Source: Trichoplax sp. H2
Lineage: Eukaryota
Length of the DNA: 48,959 bases
Assembly: GCA_003344405.1 (NCBI GenBank)
Contig: NOWV01000320.1
Coordinates: 1-48,959 of the forward strand
Reading direction: 5' to 3'
Shown here: one piece after another, positions 47,602 to 48,959 of the stretch
How positions within the stretch are numbered: position 1 is the stretch's first letter
Layout: each line of letters begins with the position of its first letter
The notes under the pieces: model-generated
Seen by the model: the letters and a program-made list of their open reading frames with translations, nothing else
What the model was told of the DNA's origin: nothing
Database searches by the model: none
Translations under genes and position numbers: made by a program

Positions 47602-48098
47602 AATATATATACAGTACATACCGCATTTCTCCAATCTTACCAGTAACTCTCCATTTTTAGCTATGTGGAACATTCTTACCCACTCACTCATATAATATAT
47701 ATATACTGTACAGTACTGTACATACCGCATTTCTGTAATAGTAACTCTCCATTTTTAGCTATGTGGAACACTCTTACCCACTCATGCATATAATATATAT
47801 ATATATGACAATATTACAGTACATACCGCATTTCTCTAATCTTACAGTAACTCTCCATTTTTAGCTATGCGGAACATTCTTACCCACTCACTCATATAAT
47901 ATATACAGTACATACCGCATTTCTCTAATCTTACAGTAACCCTCCATTTTTAGCTATGTGGAACAATCTTACCCACTCACTCATTATAATATATACTACT
48001 ATACAGTACAGTACATACAGCATTTCTCCAATCTTACAGTAACCCTCCATTTTTAGCTATGTGGAACAATCTTACCCACTCACTTATATAATATATAC
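47602..48098 (+). repeat. Minisatellite array 1, five ~89-104 bp units
   Basis: Core CATACCGCATTTCTCCAATCTTACAGTAACTCTCCATTTTTAGCTATGTGGAACA-TCTTACCCACTCA starts at 47617, 47721, 47822, 47911 and 48014. Confidence 0.95.
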
Positions 48099-48400
48099 TT
48101 GAAGATTCCTTTTTAGTTGGTTAGTTAGTCGGTTGGATAGTCAACTAGTTTTTCAATTGATATTTAATTGTAAAGACTATAATCTTGGGTGCCGAGATTT
48201 CTTCAGTATTAAATGATAGTAAATCTTTGACTTTCTCGTCTACACTATCTGTGACGCTATAATTATACCACAGTATTCGGTCGTTGGAACTGAATTATTT
48301 GGTGATATAGATAATCTCGCCTCTTTAAGTTAGTAAGTGGCGTTCTCCGCAAGGATTGGCGTGTGTAGACTACTTTGTCACTAGTGGTGTTTGACAATAC

Positions 48401-48959
48401 TATATACATACAGTACAGCATTTCTCCAATCTTATAGTAACTCTTCATTGTTAGCTATGTGGAACATTGAGACCCACTCACTCATATAGTATATGACATA
48501 TCCTGATATACATACCGCATTTCTCCAATCTTATAGTAACTCTCCATTGTTAGCTATGTGGAACAATCTTACCCACTCACTTATATGACATATCCTGATA
48601 TACATACCGCATTTCTCCAATCTTATAGTAACTCTCCATTGTTCGCTATGTGGAACATTGAGACCCACTCACTCATATAGTATATGACATATACTGATAT
48701 ACATACCGCATTTCTCCAATCTTATAGTAACTTTCATTGTTAGCTATGTGGAACATTGAGACCCACTCACTTATATAACATATCCTGATATACATACCGC
48801 ATTTCTCCAATCTTATAGTAACTCTTCATTGTTAGCTATGTGGAACATTGAGACCCACTCACTCATATAGTATATGACATATACTGATATACATACCGCA
48901 TTTCTCCAATCTTATAGTAACTCTCCATTGTTAGCTATGTGGAACATTGAGACCCACTC
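48401..48959 (+). repeat. Minisatellite array 2 of the same family, six or more units running off the window end
   Basis: Cores start at 48407, 48511, 48603, 48702, 48793 and 48892 (periods 104, 92, 99, 91, 99). Confidence 0.95.

Noticed and set aside
47515..48448. ORFs 47515-47730 and 48263-48448 as standalone genes
   Set aside because: They start inside minisatellite units and are partly or largely repeat translations.
47602..48959. CRISPR-like repeat-spacer array
   Set aside because: Eukaryotic context, conserved blocks of ~70 bp, and the variable parts are related AT/CWGTA low-complexity sequence rather than unique spacers. No cas genes.

Overview
Eukaryotic, AT-rich animal genomic DNA with many short GT-AG introns. 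The compact introns and an Apaf-1-like NB-ARC relic suggest a placozoan such as Trichoplax, but that is inference. Two intact genes can be spliced by hand. The first is a 22-exon Na+/K+-ATPase alpha subunit (+, 3468-12311, 1038 aa, DKTGT and terminal KETYY). The second is a 3-exon ERG/FLI1/FEV-family ETS transcription factor without a PNT domain (+, 24870-43366, 239 aa) with unusually large introns (13.3 and 4.5 kb). Between them lies a decayed, intron-containing Apaf-1-like NB-ARC pseudogene on the minus strand (~14308-16271). Both ends of the window are repeat-rich: ~90-105 bp minisatellites, two diverged inverted copies of an unknown dispersed repeat ~46 kb apart, and a 129-bp TA-flanked MITE with a telomere-like core. 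Most notably, homologous repeat units differ by stepwise, mixed-orientation 5-bp CAGTA/CTGTA insertions at fixed TA sites, which matches stacked Tc1/mariner excision footprints, and the MITE sits at the homologous TA site. Two 20-N gaps are flanked by uncollapsed haplotype overlaps.
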